Source: Amphiscolops sp. MND2022
Lineage: Eukaryota
Length of the DNA stretch: 64,000 nt
Direction: 5' to 3'
NCBI GenBank assembly: GCA_964187785.1
Contig: OZ076409.1
Coordinates: 29,638,001 to 29,702,000 of the forward strand
Shown here: one piece after another, positions 22,332 to 34,938 of the stretch
Position numbering within the stretch: the stretch's first letter is position 1
How the letters are laid out: each line of letters opens with the position of its first letter
Made by a program: the position numbers and the translations under genes
Notes under the pieces: model-generated
Seen by the model: only the letters and a program-made list of their open reading frames with translations
Databases searched by the model: none
Told to the model about the DNA's origin: nothing

Positions 22332-24633
22332 TGTCATGCCAGCATGATGGAAATATAATCTACTAAATATCTGTAATGTAAATATTATGTCTTATGTACT
22401 TAGATATGGGCAATATGATGTCATATAACAAGGGCCATGGTTGTGAGCAACCCTACGTTACTTGTACCTTAATCCCCATCCCCCTTGAGTTTGAGCTATA
22501 TATATATATTTACTTAATATTGAGCGCTCTAGTTCCGGTGTCCGCATTCATGATCTTGCTATTAGCCTTAAATGTGTTACATTTCATAAATATTGGTTTG
22601 TCACGACAAGGGAGAGAAGTTTTCCGGTCAGACTGGACCGAGAGATGTAGAAACAATGAAAGCTGTAACTCCTACTAGCTCCCCGCCTCAGGGCTTGTAG
22701 TCGTGACGAATTTCAGAAAAGTTCATCACTAATCCATCAGCGGACTTAGTGACCTTTCAGCTTGATTTACCAGTGAAATTACAGTGCTATTTTACCAAAG
22801 TTCATCGCAATCACATCGCCAAGATTGCGGGTGAACAAAAATTGGGACATTTATTTGATTTTATTTAATGATCCATCAGCGGATCTCACGGGACTTTAAA
22901 ATGCATGAAAACCATCCCATACTCTTCGCCGTTTTGTGATTATTAACCTTCAATGTGCTTCTCATTTCCTAAAAGAGCATAACACATCTATATTTCATCG
23001 TCCTGACTAGTAACAATAAGAAATGAGAAAGTACATCCTTAATTCATCCTAAAAAAGAGTGAAGTGCTGGATATCTGTTTTATTAGACTAATTCATCACT
23101 AGTTCATCGTAAAATTAGCTCGCACTACATTTGGCAGATTTATTACACAAGTTCATCACTAATTCATCGCTAGCTCAACTTGCGCTAGAATTAGTTGAAT
23201 TTTCAGTTGAGTTCATCCTAAACTCATCATTGGAATTTGAACCATTAGATTTAGCTGTTTTATTGAATGTATTCATCCTAAACTCATCGTACGTTTGTCT
23301 TCACTGTAGAATTAGCTGTTTCACCTGTTTTATCGACTGAATTCATCCTGAATTCATCGTCAATTTCACTAGTGCTGGAATTTAGCTATTTTCGAGGAGA
23401 GTTCATCCTTTTACCATCGTCGATTTAAATCGTGCTGGAAATCGTTCATTTTGAAGAGAGTTCATCCTTTTATCATCGTCATTTTAAATAGTGTTGATTT
23501 TCGAGCGAGAAAGACTACATTTCATCGCAAATTCATCCCACAGCTAAACAAGACTTGAAAATCAACAAATAAGGTCATGATTCATCACATATTCATCTTT
23601 GGTTTTATATGCATCGATTTACTGTCGTTTCTAGTTGGAAATCATCGTTTCTCCCATCCTGTGATATAATATAACTTGATCCAGTCTGAAATTAGTGTGA
23701 TATCGATTACTTTTGATGCATTTTCGTTACTATAACAACCATTGTGTTATGTGCAGGCAATTGCGACATCTTGTAAACTAATGACTAATTATCATTTGCA
23801 TATGTAGATTCATCATGGTGCTAGGCCATCTTGCGGCAGTTCACAACACCGGTCACGTGGCTTACCATCTTAGCACCAACTACGGTAGCCAATGAGAAGA
23901 GGCTGGTAAGAGATTAGCGTCTTACCAGCCTGAAAAGACACGTGAACTGCTGTAATTAGGGCCGCCATTAGTAATTACTCAGACCGAAATTGCGACAAGC
24001 TACCATCCAGTAGGATACCTCGCGTCGAATTTTACTCGAAAATACATCTCAGCTTCATCTTCAGAAACTATAATACTGAAAACTGAGTAATTTCTTTTGA
24101 TGCACTTACTGCTGCGATGAACATTGGATGAACTTTCCTATTCACCTTGCTAATTTCCTACTACCTTCCTTACGACTTGCTTATTTATACTAATCATCGA
24201 TAAAACATCTCTGTTCAAATTTAGTAAATTAGAGATTATAAAATCAAATAGAACAGCAAAAATACATCGCAATAACATCTCAGATAATCCAGTCTTCACT
24301 CATAATCCTTTTCCCTCGTCTATATGAATCCAGAACAAGGTACTGAACTCAGAAGTGGTAAATTTATTAGTTCCTCGTCTGAAACATCTATTCCAACTGA
24401 TCCAGACATGGCCCAGTCGTCTGCCAATGACTCCGATAGCAACGAAACTTCAGATATCTCGTCTCAGTTGTCTGAAATAAGAGAAAGTTACGAAAGGAAA
24501 ATAAACGAGTTACAAAATGAGTTTAGTCAACTGAAGGACTTAATGATGGCTGTTATAAGTAAGACAGACAGTGAAAATCGGCCATCAACTTCGAAAGGTC
24601 CTTCAAAGCCGGCCCACACAGTAGGGTCCGACA
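22332..24633 (+). repeat. 3' LTR of element C (2302 bp, TGTC...GACA)
   Basis: Starts TGTCATGCC like the LTRs of A, B and E; contains a copy of the motif array and the Gag N-terminal ORF 24324-24656. Confidence 0.96.
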
Positions 24634-24686
24634 TTTATTTTTTAATTAGACATTAAAACCGAAAGAGAGATGCAACGCTAGAGAAC
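24634..24686 (+). repeat. 53-bp target duplication, right copy
   Basis: Identical to 12250-12302. Confidence 0.95.
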
Positions 24687-25799
24687 GGTATTCTGTGCAG
24701 TGAGCGTTGTTTCAATTTACTTATTCTTGAAAAATGGTAAATTTCAAAATTCAAAGCGCTACAGAAGCACTAGGAAAAGCCGATTTGTGACAATTTCCTA
24801 CCGAAATTGTTACAAATCAAACCATGGAAGACGCGTAAATCAGGTATGAAACTTTTTGAAAATCGTCGTCATTTATGTGACTCAACATAGCAATTTCATA
24901 GCTTATCATCCTCTGGGTCCGTGGAAATATTAAAAGTAACTGCCGGCAAGTTTTGCCAAGCTCGTGTCTTTTGGTGCAAAAAAATGAACTATTATGGTTG
25001 TCAAACACTGTTAATGGTATTCCAATGTGCCTCGAAGAGGGGTTCCCACAAAAACAGCAAGAAATCAAAAGCAAAGTTGAAGCTGAAGGGTTAACAACAA
25101 CTACATAAAACCAGATGAAAGAGTTTACCAAAAGTTTTGGTGGAAGATACAAAAACGTTAATTTAGTTCTGTTAAAGCTGTGAATGATATCGAAGGTACT
25201 GCAGTTTAAAAAACAAGTTCTCAGAAGTACATGATGAAATTGTTGCCATGACGTTGGAACCAAGTAAACTGTGCAAAATCACAAAAAAACTGTTTTGACA
25301 CAAATAGTGCTGTCGCCAGATGAGGAAGGCATACAATCACTGAAAACCCTCTTCCGGAAAAATGACCACTATGGACGAGGAACTGTACATTGGAACCTAG
25401 ACATTGTTTAATTGAATTTATGCTCGCTTAAGTGACATCAGGTTAATTAAATACTACTTCTGATAATTTTGAAGTAAACTCGGTGCTGGTATGTATTTGT
25501 GAGACTTGGTTGACAGCTAACGACCCCACGGACAATTATTGGCTCAACTATTATTCTGCAATTGCGACATCGAAAAAACAGAGCAATCCTGCTGGTAGTT
25601 TTGTGTTCCACGCCCGAGAAGTTGTGCAATACACTGAAACCCAATATATCTAATAGTCACGTAATTGTCCATCGGAGCGCTTTTGGTCAGCTGGTTATCT
25701 GCCTGGGTTGAAGATCACAAAAGTCTAGTGTTATCTTATTTGGTTGAAAGGATTGTCTTCAAACTGATTTGTTTGGAATGAAACGAGATTATATTTTAT

Positions 25800-26830
25800 T
25801 AGCGTGCTTCAATGGGGTGCCTGATAATTTAGATGTGGAGATTGAAGAGCCAACACGAGTGATTCTGTCGACATCGAAGTCCATTGACTTTTGTATTTCA
25901 AAAAGGATTGAAATTCTGAAATAAAAAATGTGATCACTCGCTTTCAGATTTCCATCCTATAAGAAACACAGCATTGTAACGAGGATAAAGATGATAAGGT
26001 TTCCGGCTTTTCTAACGAAGACCTTTTTCCAAAGTTTCAGTCTCACATTGATCAAGCAATCCGTTTGTCAGCGTGCCACGGTTGAATGCAAATTGGAATA
26101 TAATCTATGTCCTGAATTTGGCTACCGAAAGGTTTACACCATATAAAACGTTTCATGCTGCGAATAAACGAGCAACATGGATAATAAACCATATCCAATA
26201 ATTGAAAAAAAAACGTGACAAAGCAAAGGCCAGTCTAAGAAGCTAGCAAAAATGACATAATTCAAAATGAACACTGCACTTCTGTCACCAGTGAAAGTCG
26301 GAAATCAACACGTCTTTATTATGACATGAAAAATCATAAATTTCTACCTTTCAAAGGACTTGTACAACGTATGCCCACTTTCGTGGAAACAAGGCAAAAA
26401 ACGAGATAAAAGTTAAGAAACTTTTTGATGCTCGAAAATTTAAAAAATTAGGTATTGGAAAAATCTAGATAATTATTGTAGTGCATCCCTATCCAAAATT
26501 GATTTTGTCGCGGACATTCCTGTTCAAAACTTGGCCCTTTTCGATACAAATGCAGCTAAAGATTATAGTATAACCTGGCACTGGAAGAACAACATTTCGT
26601 GTGGTCATGATGGCATCTCTGATAGTTTTTTAAGGATTGCGGCATCACCAACTACTCAATTTTTGAGCGATGTCTTGAATGAGTGTGTAGGTACTTCACA
26701 GTTTTCCAAATCTATTGAAAAAGTGAAACTTCTACCGCTTTTGAAATAAGGTGACTCTTCACTACCGGATAATTCTCTCCTCATCAGTCATTTGTCTTCG
26801 CTGAGGAAACATTATGAAACATTATTTCAG
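25800..26830 (+). pseudogene. Decayed non-LTR retrotransposon (LINE) ORF2 fragment
   Basis: EEPTRV...SID (AP-endonuclease C-terminus) near 25845; SCGHDGIS...LNEC...KVKLLPLLK (RT domain 0/1) at 26531-26800. Confidence 0.7.
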
Positions 26831-28014
26831 AAAGGATTTTCATTCCAGAAACTTCTAATTAAAGAAGTTTGGAGCAATTTACTGTACCCAATTTTCATTG
26901 AACTTCAAAGACTGCAGCTGACCCTCTTGAAAGACACTTTTAAACGCGTCAGTGATATTCAATGACCAGTGGTAACAATTCAAAGGCTTCCGTATTCAGA
27001 AATACTGAAAAGCTAACTCCACGAAACTTGAGTCGCAGCGAATAAGACTGTTCTGTTAAAAACCAAGTTCTGCTGAAAAGTGTATAATGAAAATTCCATG
27101 GAAAACTTTAACTAAGTCATACTGCAAAAGGGCGCCGCGATGGAAATATATTTGTCAGACTGTCAAAAATATTATAAGAGTTAGGAATTCTACATTGGAA
27201 CAAATAAATATTTATACACATTTCATTTTGCGCTGTAAGCTCTTTGGATTGCAGTGGGAAAACCATTAACCCGAATATTCACTCAAGTATGTCAGAAAAA
27301 GCAGCAACGTTGAATGTTTACAGAGCGTAGTGGAAAGAAAAAACTGTTTCTACGATTGTTTCGAATTGCTTCACGCTTAGTTTACTCGCAAATGAATGGA
27401 TATAGTAGAACTAGCCGATTTTAACATAGCATAACACATAATACAAGGACGCAGTTCCCAGAAAACAACAATTGCGCGAAGTCCAGTCTTAATATTATGT
27501 CGCAACTGGAAAGTGGCGATAGTGAAAATCTTGACAGAAGCTTATTCAATATCTCATGCACTGAGAAATTCACGCTTGATGTGTCATGCTCATTTATATA
27601 TCCCTCTTCAACCGATAAAAACCGGAGTTTTTCCTACTATTACAGTGCGACCCGTTTTTGAGATTTCAATTTCCTGTTATCGTGTCTCATGATGGTTTCT
27701 TACTTTTCACTTTCAATGTTGTACGCTTTTTCAATTTGTAATTTTGAGAAAACCGCGTCAGCTATCATTTTCAAATTGACAGTTGTAATTACCGTCAAAA
27801 CCAGTTAATAATATTGGATGTCGGACTATCTTTAGACTTATTACCATTTTCCTGAGATTGCATTGATCGTATTTACCAATTTTTAACCAAAGCCAAATTG
27901 GTTGAAATGTCAGCTGCATTTATTCTCAGAAATACAATTCCCAACATGATTACATGCACCTTTAGCCTGTTATTAGCATTTCTACAATTTACAGAGATTA
28001 ACTAGCGTAACTTC

Positions 28015-30446
28015 AAAATTTCTTTGAGTATTTTAACATCTGACTGACAGTACGACACAGGTTCTTGTTGAAAGTCGTAAACGAACTTATTAACTTTATA
28101 AAGCTGGGTCTGTGCTGAGTGCCATTCCAAAAACGTGCTCACCGTTTGCTGTCCTCTCATCGAATTCAAAGCAAAAAGGCACGCGGGTGGAAATTGGCCT
28201 TCTTTGAGAGCAAACTCTTGGCATTCTTCTCTTGGTCATTTCCTGCATTGAAGCAGCTAACATTGCTTTGTGTAGCTACACAGTGATTGCAGTCGTTGGA
28301 AACAATCTTGCGCGGATTGCAGTTTTCCCCTTTCTCGCATGTTTGTAAACTATGCAGCTTTGAAGTAGCGGCGGGATAGAGGGCCTCTTTAGATGTCAAA
28401 AAATGAGGAAAGTATCCTTTTTTCAATTCTTTGAGATTGAACGTTGTGGGAAATTTTGATAAAGGTTTCGGCATGAAAAGATAAGAGTCAATGAATCGTT
28501 TATTCCCCACACGCATTGACACAACCTTGTTACCTCTGAGCAAAATTTTGGGAACATATTTGTGTTGTTTGTAGAGCCATTCCAGGATTGGTAGGAAATC
28601 GAACCCACTGCCAAAATGGGCAATAAACCATTCAGTTTGACGAACCTTTTCAACACTAGCAAAAACATCCTCACAAAAATCGTTTATACAATCGTAGCCA
28701 CAGTAAATAACTTCATCACCTGTCCAAGACTCTGCTGCCAGTAGAATTGGTTTATGTAGCCCTTCATTGCCACAACTCTGGTCAGTTTCTAAGTCAAAAA
28801 CCCAAATTTTGTCATCCGAGGGAGCTCGTGCAAAGTTGTTTGCTGGCTGGTCACGGGATGTAACAGTACCATCGTCATTGACTGGAGCGTTGCTCATTTT
28901 CCTGCGTTTGATTTGCGTCATCGGATCTTCTTTCTCAACTTCTTCACGATAATTCTCTCCGCCCAATAATTCACAGTCAGGAAATTCGTTACTGGTATCA
29001 CCATCCGGTTTTTCTCGCTCTATACATCTCTTCGGTTTTCGTACAAAACATTGATGTTCCGATGAAGGCGAAGAGGTGTTTTTACGGTGTGACAATGAGT
29101 AATGAACGGAGCATGTAGAACAGCGTTTTTTTGAGCAAATTTGATTGGAGAATGCTCGCTTAGGTACAGCATTGTCGCATGTAGGGCACAAAGTGTACAA
29201 ATGACACACCCCAGAGGTAACATGGCAATCCAGACACTTTTGGCTTCGTACCTTTAGCCTGCATCTATCACACTGGAAAACCGGTGACTGGCGAGGGGTC
29301 TTTGACAAGTCATTGGACGAAGTAGTTCAATTGAGCAGCGAAAGGTTGATGAAACCGGTCCTATTGAGACAGCCAGGCTGCCGACACAGCAAACAACCAC
29401 TGACAGAGCATAAATGCTTCACTGTGGAAAAGGCCTTGTGACAACTGTAACAGTAGTGGCAAGCATCGAATAGTCCTTTCATTGAGGTAACTAAATCTAC
29501 ATGTCTGTTTTGAGCATCATACAAAAGGTCGATATTCTGCTGTGCTTACTGATTATAACATTTAAGGAAAGTGCCCATAAAGTTGCTATCGTAAACAGAT
29601 AAACAAAAGTCTTTCAACACTTGCGACTGAGACAAAAATGCTAAATCTTGTAGAGCAAGAGGTTTACCAGCAGCAGGAGAGGTTTGAGCTGTCTGATAGT
29701 GATGCAACCCAGTAGAGGAGTCGTCAAAGGCAGAGGTGGGAAGTCTTTTCGAGGAAGCACCACAAGCCAAAATTGTCTGCAATTCGTCTTGGGGGATGCT
29801 TGGATCAGATTTCAGAAGGGTTATCAAATGCTGCATTTCACGCGTTTGCACGGAAGCCCGATCCAGGTGCAAGTTTTTTTTGTCGTTTTTCTTTTATTAG
29901 GCGGCCGGGGAGATCGCTCCTTAACTTTGATGCCAATTGCTATGGCCCGCAAAAGACAATCGTTCTGGTCACTTTTGATTACAATTATTGACTTCTTTTG
30001 TTTCGTGAAGAGCTTGATATCGGGAACAGTCCTGCTCTGTATGCCTCCAAGCCGGTTCCCGCCCATTGTTGGTAGAGAAACACTCAAAACGTTGACTTTG
30101 ATATTGTTGCTAATATCAAATGACTCGTTGGAATTAACGACCCTGTCAATTTCATCGAGAATCAGTTCGGCGTTGAAATCCGCTACGGACGAGAATGGGA
30201 TATGAATAGGATAGTTGAGGGTAGGCGCATTCAGTACCAATCGAATTCTGTGTGAATGACCAGGAAGATCTTGCTGTATCTCAGATATCAATTTGTTGAT
30301 GAGGTGGTTGAAAATCTCTTTAATTCGATCCAGCACACTTTCAATGTCCGTGAAGTACACTTCATAGTCTCTGCTGGCCGCTCGCAACAGACTCTGCTTT
30401 GTGACATTCGATTTACCCTATAGTACTGCTCAGGATTAAACCCCAT
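28015..30446 (-). pseudogene. Protein-primed family B DNA polymerase, N-terminal and exonuclease part; frameshifted and truncated
   Basis: VFDLET (ExoI), FIAHFGSGFD (ExoII), RFIDSYLFMP..LSKFP.TF.L..KGYFPHF, YCQSDVKIL (ExoIII, near 28040); upstream KKSIIVI...CLLRAI and Cys-rich segments. Confidence 0.88.
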
Positions 30447-30811
30447 GGCATAATCTGCAACAAACGCAATGCAACAAGAATTAAACATGTCACAGAAGCA
30501 ATTAAAACTACTGTAAGATTGATGAAGATTCCAAATAGTAAAAAAAAACAAAATCAACAACATAAATTATATAAAGAAGGTATTTATATAAATGGTCCGG
30601 AAATCAACTTGTATACGCAACACGTCACAGAGGGGTTAGTCTGATGAGTATAAATGAGAACCGAAGTATTGTATGAAAAAATGCCTATTTAGAAGCCAAT
30701 AAGTGAAACGTATTGAGAAGTTGGCCAAAATTTAAAAAAAATGTCAAACTTAACACACGCGCAAGAAAAAACAAACACATGTACAACAAAACATCGAGCT
30801 TTAAGAGACGT

Positions 30812-31528
30812 TTAGTTCATGAAAACTTCATCCTCATCATCCTCAGTGGTGGCTATGTTCGTACCAGTCTCACCGTTGAACATAACAAAATCTCGTTTCT
30901 CAAACAATTTCTGGTTTTCAACGTCGGCCTCGATTGTTATGTTCTCATTGTCGCCATTGGTCAAACAGTCGTCCGTGACATTTTGGGCCCGCTTCTTCGA
31001 TGTGGTTGTGGTTGACCCGACTTTCGCGCCATTAACCTTGGAAAAACCTTTCTTGCCAGTAGGCTTCTTTCCAAAAGTTGAGATTGACGTAGGTTCTCGG
31101 AACCCACCCGTCAGAGCTTCCTCCATCGCTCTCTTGAACTCCTGCGTCGTCGCAGATTTCACCCCTGATGATTCCAATGCCGCCTTGTCACCTAGACCAA
31201 GCAAAGCAACAAACGCAGTCAGCTCTTCAACAGTGAACGAAAAGTGACACTGCCGCTGCAACTGGCCGCTTTGAAAATCGGGTTTGAATAGTCGCAGCCC
31301 GATGTAAGTCGCGGTTGACATCTCCGAAGAGAGGTTGTTTGGGTAGCACTTCACTCCGATTCTAACCCAGCGATTATGCGACTTGGCAATGTCCCACCAT
31401 TTGTCGTGGCTGGACTCGTCTTGCTCCCGTGAGATTCGCCAGGGGGACACAACAGATTTTGCATCGTTTCCAACAATACCCAGAGTCTTCTGGGAGCGCT
31501 TACGTACAACACTGTTCAACCAATTCAT
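30812..31528 (-). CDS. Hypothetical 238-aa protein, possibly PC4/Whirly-like ssDNA binder with acidic tail
   Basis: Intact ORF; beta-rich WDIAK..RWVRIGV...YIGLRLF...FSFTVEEL pattern; C-terminus EDDEDEVF; upstream splice-acceptor and TATA-like signals. Confidence 0.55.
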   Translation of the reverse strand: MNWLNSVVRKRSQKTLGIVGNDAKSVVSPWRISREQDESSHDKWWDIAKSHNRWVRIGVKCYPNNLSSEMSTATYIGLRLFKPDFQSGQLQRQCHFSFTVEELTAFVALLGLGDKAALESSGVKSATTQEFKRAMEEALTGGFREPTSISTFGKKPTGKKGFSKVNGAKVGSTTTTSKKRAQNVTDDCLTNGDNENITIEADVENQKLFEKRDFVMFNGETGTNIATTEDDEDEVFMN

Positions 31529-31953
31529 CTTTTTTCGTCAAAACAACGAGACTCTGAAACGGAAAGAGTACTGTGAATCTGAACTCTCAAGAATGTAGTA
31601 AAACATGTAATCAGCGACTTTAACAAAAAAAACTGAACTGTGATTTGAAGGGAGAAAACGTTTTGAGACGCAACGAATACATATATAGTTTGCTGCGTTT
31701 CAGACAGGATGGGAGAATCAATTTCAAGACTCCAACTGTTTTATGTCTTCTGCCAAAAAACTTCTAGACTGTATAGGTGGCAAAATCCAAAAAAACAGTA
31801 CCGATTACAAACATTTTATTGATGAAGACTGATTCTTTCTCACTCCTTGAAAACAATACATTGAATTTTAAGCACTTTTAGGACAATTCAACGCTTCAAA
31901 AAACATGTTACAACAAGAAAGAACTGCTATCCAGCGCAACGTTTAATTACAAT

Positions 31954-33060
31954 TTACAGAGCTTGCGATTGCTTTCTGGTAATTCTATGGGCTTCCAAGA
32001 GAGACTTCCGGGAAACCATCAGGGGATGATGTTCATCAGTGACCGTTGAACCTTTTGAACAATTCTGAAAAAAGAACTTTTTCACCAGATGTTCAACATA
32101 TTCGTTGGGCCATTGACAGCTAAACAAATCGTCGGCCTGCTCTTGATACATATTCAACAGACACTCTGGCACAAGACTTGACAAGGTTTTTGGCTGATTA
32201 AAAACCTCTAATATCATCAATGATTCCGTGGTTTTGGTGAAGTAAATTCTAATCTCATCAGCGAGGTCACTTTGGAAACAGATTGTCTGCAAAAGTAATT
32301 GGTCGTTGAGGCCAAATCGCAGCACACCCTGCTCAAAATCGACAAGGAGAAGAAATTCGAATATATTCTCTTCGTTATTGCTATTGAGCCAAATGGTCTC
32401 CAGTTTCTCTAGGCAGTCGTATGGCAAGAAAATGAGAGTATCGTTTTCAACCAACTGCATTTCTCCAAGATCCCAGTAAAATTTAATAGGGAACCCGTCG
32501 TTGACGGATTCTACCGGCAGGCTGCTCAGACCAATAATGAAGCGTGTTTCCCCGACCAGCAAAGATGGGAAATCATTGATCTTCGCGAATACCTTGAAGA
32601 CCCTGACGGCTACATTGCCATTGAGGTTGTTGAAAATTATATCAGGAACTGCGACATCATGATTGAAGATCCCATCGTCACTCCAATCATCGTCCGAATC
32701 CGAATCGCCGGCGGGGAATTTTTTTTCAATTGCATCGTAGTCAATACCAAGGACCAGATTGTCGAATGGTCGCTTGTAGTGATAGTCCATTACCTCGTAT
32801 TTTTTCCATTTTATTAGCTTCACGTCCGTGTTCGATCCGAGAAATCCTCGGTAAACGTGATTGACGTCCATGTCAATTGATTGACCGGGAGAAAAAACTT
32901 TGCTGTAGTCTTTCACTATAGCGCTGTAACCAAGGAAAATATTTGTGAACTGCTCGACGTACGGCGTGAGGACCACAACGTTGAGACTTGACCGTCGACC
33001 TTTCCGAAAATAGTCGTATAGAAGTTGAAAAGCGTCCCGCTGCTTTCGGAACTGCATCTC
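31954..33060 (-). CDS. Hypothetical protein of at least 367 aa, probably the last exon of a spliced gene
   Basis: Long intact ORF preceded by tttctgtttgtttag|GAG ATG; AATAAA downstream near 31815. Confidence 0.6.
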   Translation of the reverse strand, partial: EMQFRKQRDAFQLLYDYFRKGRRSSLNVVVLTPYVEQFTNIFLGYSAIVKDYSKVFSPGQSIDMDVNHVYRGFLGSNTDVKLIKWKKYEVMDYHYKRPFDNLVLGIDYDAIEKKFPAGDSDSDDDWSDDGIFNHDVAVPDIIFNNLNGNVAVRVFKVFAKINDFPSLLVGETRFIIGLSSLPVESVNDGFPIKFYWDLGEMQLVENDTLIFLPYDCLEKLETIWLNSNNEENIFEFLLLVDFEQGVLRFGLNDQLLLQTICFQSDLADEIRIYFTKTTESLMILEVFNQPKTLSSLVPECLLNMYQEQADDLFSCQWPNEYVEHLVKKFFFQNCSKGSTVTDEHHPLMVSRKSLLEAHRITRKQSQAL

Positions 33061-33115
33061 CTAAACAAACAGAAAGATCACGTCGTTTTACAATATCTAC
33101 AATCATAGTCTGTAA

Positions 33116-33315
33116 NNNNNNNNNNNNNNNNNNNNNNNNNNNNNNNNNNNNNNNNNNNNNNNNNNNNNNNNNNNNNNNNNNNNNNNNNNNNNNNNNNNNN
33201 NNNNNNNNNNNNNNNNNNNNNNNNNNNNNNNNNNNNNNNNNNNNNNNNNNNNNNNNNNNNNNNNNNNNNNNNNNNNNNNNNNNNNNNNNNNNNNNNNNNN
33301 NNNNNNNNNNNNNNN
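33116..33315. other. Assembly gap (200 N)
   Basis: Run of N. Confidence 1.
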
Positions 33316-33544
33316 GTAATAGCCGAATATGAATTTGAAAACCCTTGAAAACTCTAACTGCAATAGGGAACAAGAATTGAACATTGAACACAAACATTTT
33401 TTTCTCAAATATTTTTCGGGCTCCCCGAGGATATCCCGGCCAAACCCAGGATACCCCGCCAAAAAGGTTGGTTTTCCTGGGTTTTGAGGGACATACCGAA
33501 CTTTTTGGCCCCCACCCTTTCACATGGAAGACCCCTACCCCACC

Positions 33545-33776
33545 TTGGAAGAAGGGAAAAGACCCCCACCCCCAAGACAAGATTCAGCATCTGGACTTTA
33601 CTAAGGACCCCCGGCCGCTTTACTACAAGACCCTTCCCTGTGTAGTTTACCACAAAAATGTCCGTAGTAAGGCCGTTTTCGGTCCTTAGTAAGGACGAAA
33701 TTGGCCCTTAGTAAAACGGGCCGTTTTCTTAGTAAGGCTGAAATCTTGGGGGTGGGGGTCTTTTCCCCCCTTTCAA
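33545..33776. mobile_element. MITE with about 33-bp TIRs and 5-bp TSD CCACC
   Basis: gggaaaagacccccacccccaaga / tcttgggggtgggggtcttttccc; ccacc at 33540-33544 and 33777-33781. Confidence 0.8.
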
Positions 33777-33911
33777 CCACCGGAAGATATCCGGACTCAA
33801 AGCTTGGCTTTGTGCTCCTTTTTTTTCTTGCCTGATGTAACCCCCTAAATACTGTCCGCGCCGAAATGAGTACTGAATTAATTCTGGAAAGGGCGGGTCC
33901 AGTAAATTATT

Positions 33912-34078
33912 TCAGGGTGCCGCAAAAGGAGTGCGGCAAAAGGAGCTTGATCACTTTTTTCGTTTTCGGGACGCTTTCGGTCACTTTTTTCGGTCACTTT
34001 TTCTGAGACGCTTTTGTCACTTTTTTCGTCACTCTTTTGCCAGACTCCTTTTGCCGGACTCCTTTTGCGGCAGGGTGA
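33912..34078. mobile_element. MITE-like element with TIRs
   Basis: tgccgcaaaaggagtgcggcaaaaggag / ctccttttgccggactccttttgcggca. Confidence 0.7.
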
Positions 34079-34195
34079 GTAATCTTTAAAAGAAACACTT
34101 CACTGGAATTCATAGCTTTCAGACCGGTTGCAGTACTTTGTCCTGCAAGAAGAACAACACGTGAAAATTTCTGGAAACGATAATTATTGGGCACC

Positions 34196-34358
34196 CCCAT
34201 GTATCTGGTAAAGTCCCTCCCTCAGGACAAGGGGTCTGGCAGATACACAATGTATCTGCCCCTTTCGCCCTACAGATTCCTTGGGGTGAAAAGGGCAGAT
34301 ACATTGTGTATCTGCCAGACCCCTTGTCCCGAGGGAGGGTCTTTACCAGATACATGGG
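34196..34358. repeat. Near-perfect palindrome (foldback element)
   Basis: cccatgtatctggtaaag...ctttaccagatacatggg, arms of about 75 bp. Confidence 0.9.
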
Positions 34359-34938
34359 CAATCCCTAAACACACATCGGGGTAAACACAGGTCTGGGGGT
34401 GCCCAAAAGTTAATTCCAGAGAAGGCCTATCCTGAAATAGAATCAGTAAGTTTTCAGAAATTAACTCCTGGAAACATTTTTCTGGATCCGCTATAGTTTC
34501 GTGCCGACAATACCATGGGAGCGGGAATGATTACACGATTAACTCCCCAACAATTATTGCGTGTAACTGGTGTGTTACTTGGATATTGAATTCACTGAGC
34601 ATTATTGTTGTGTAATTGCTTTTCTGCGAATCACTGATTCAAGAGAGGAAAGACAAAAAGACACCAGAGGTACACACGCACTACACAAATGAATTCATCA
34701 ACAATTCAAGTTGTGCAACTGATGTGTGTGTAATGGCGAAATTAATTCTCCAATACGCAGAGTAGCTCTTTGCGCTCTTTTGCGCCATTTTGCGATCTTT
34801 TGCACTTTTTTGTGGACTTGCGTTTGCGCTCTTTTGCGTGTTTCTGCGAACGACCGCGTTTAGAACGACTGCGTTTGGGAACTCCAGCGTGTAATGGTTT
34901 TGCTCCCATGGTAATTCGAAAATAATAATTTGGGGGCG

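Larger units (their letters stand above)
12303..24633 (+). mobile_element. Ty3/Gypsy element C, near full length and young; integrase core deleted; carries an antisense accessory gene
   Basis: Two near-identical LTRs of about 2.3 kb, PBS, gag, -1-frameshifted pol, short polypurine tract GGGGAG before the 3' LTR. Confidence 0.97.
28015..33115 (-). mobile_element. Polinton/Maverick-like or virus-like fragment, bounded by an assembly gap
   Basis: Protein-primed PolB pseudogene plus two compact co-oriented orphan genes; no TIR, capsid, ATPase or integrase seen. Confidence 0.7.

Noticed and set aside
32873..33580. ORFs spanning the N run
   Set aside because: Artefacts of the gap.
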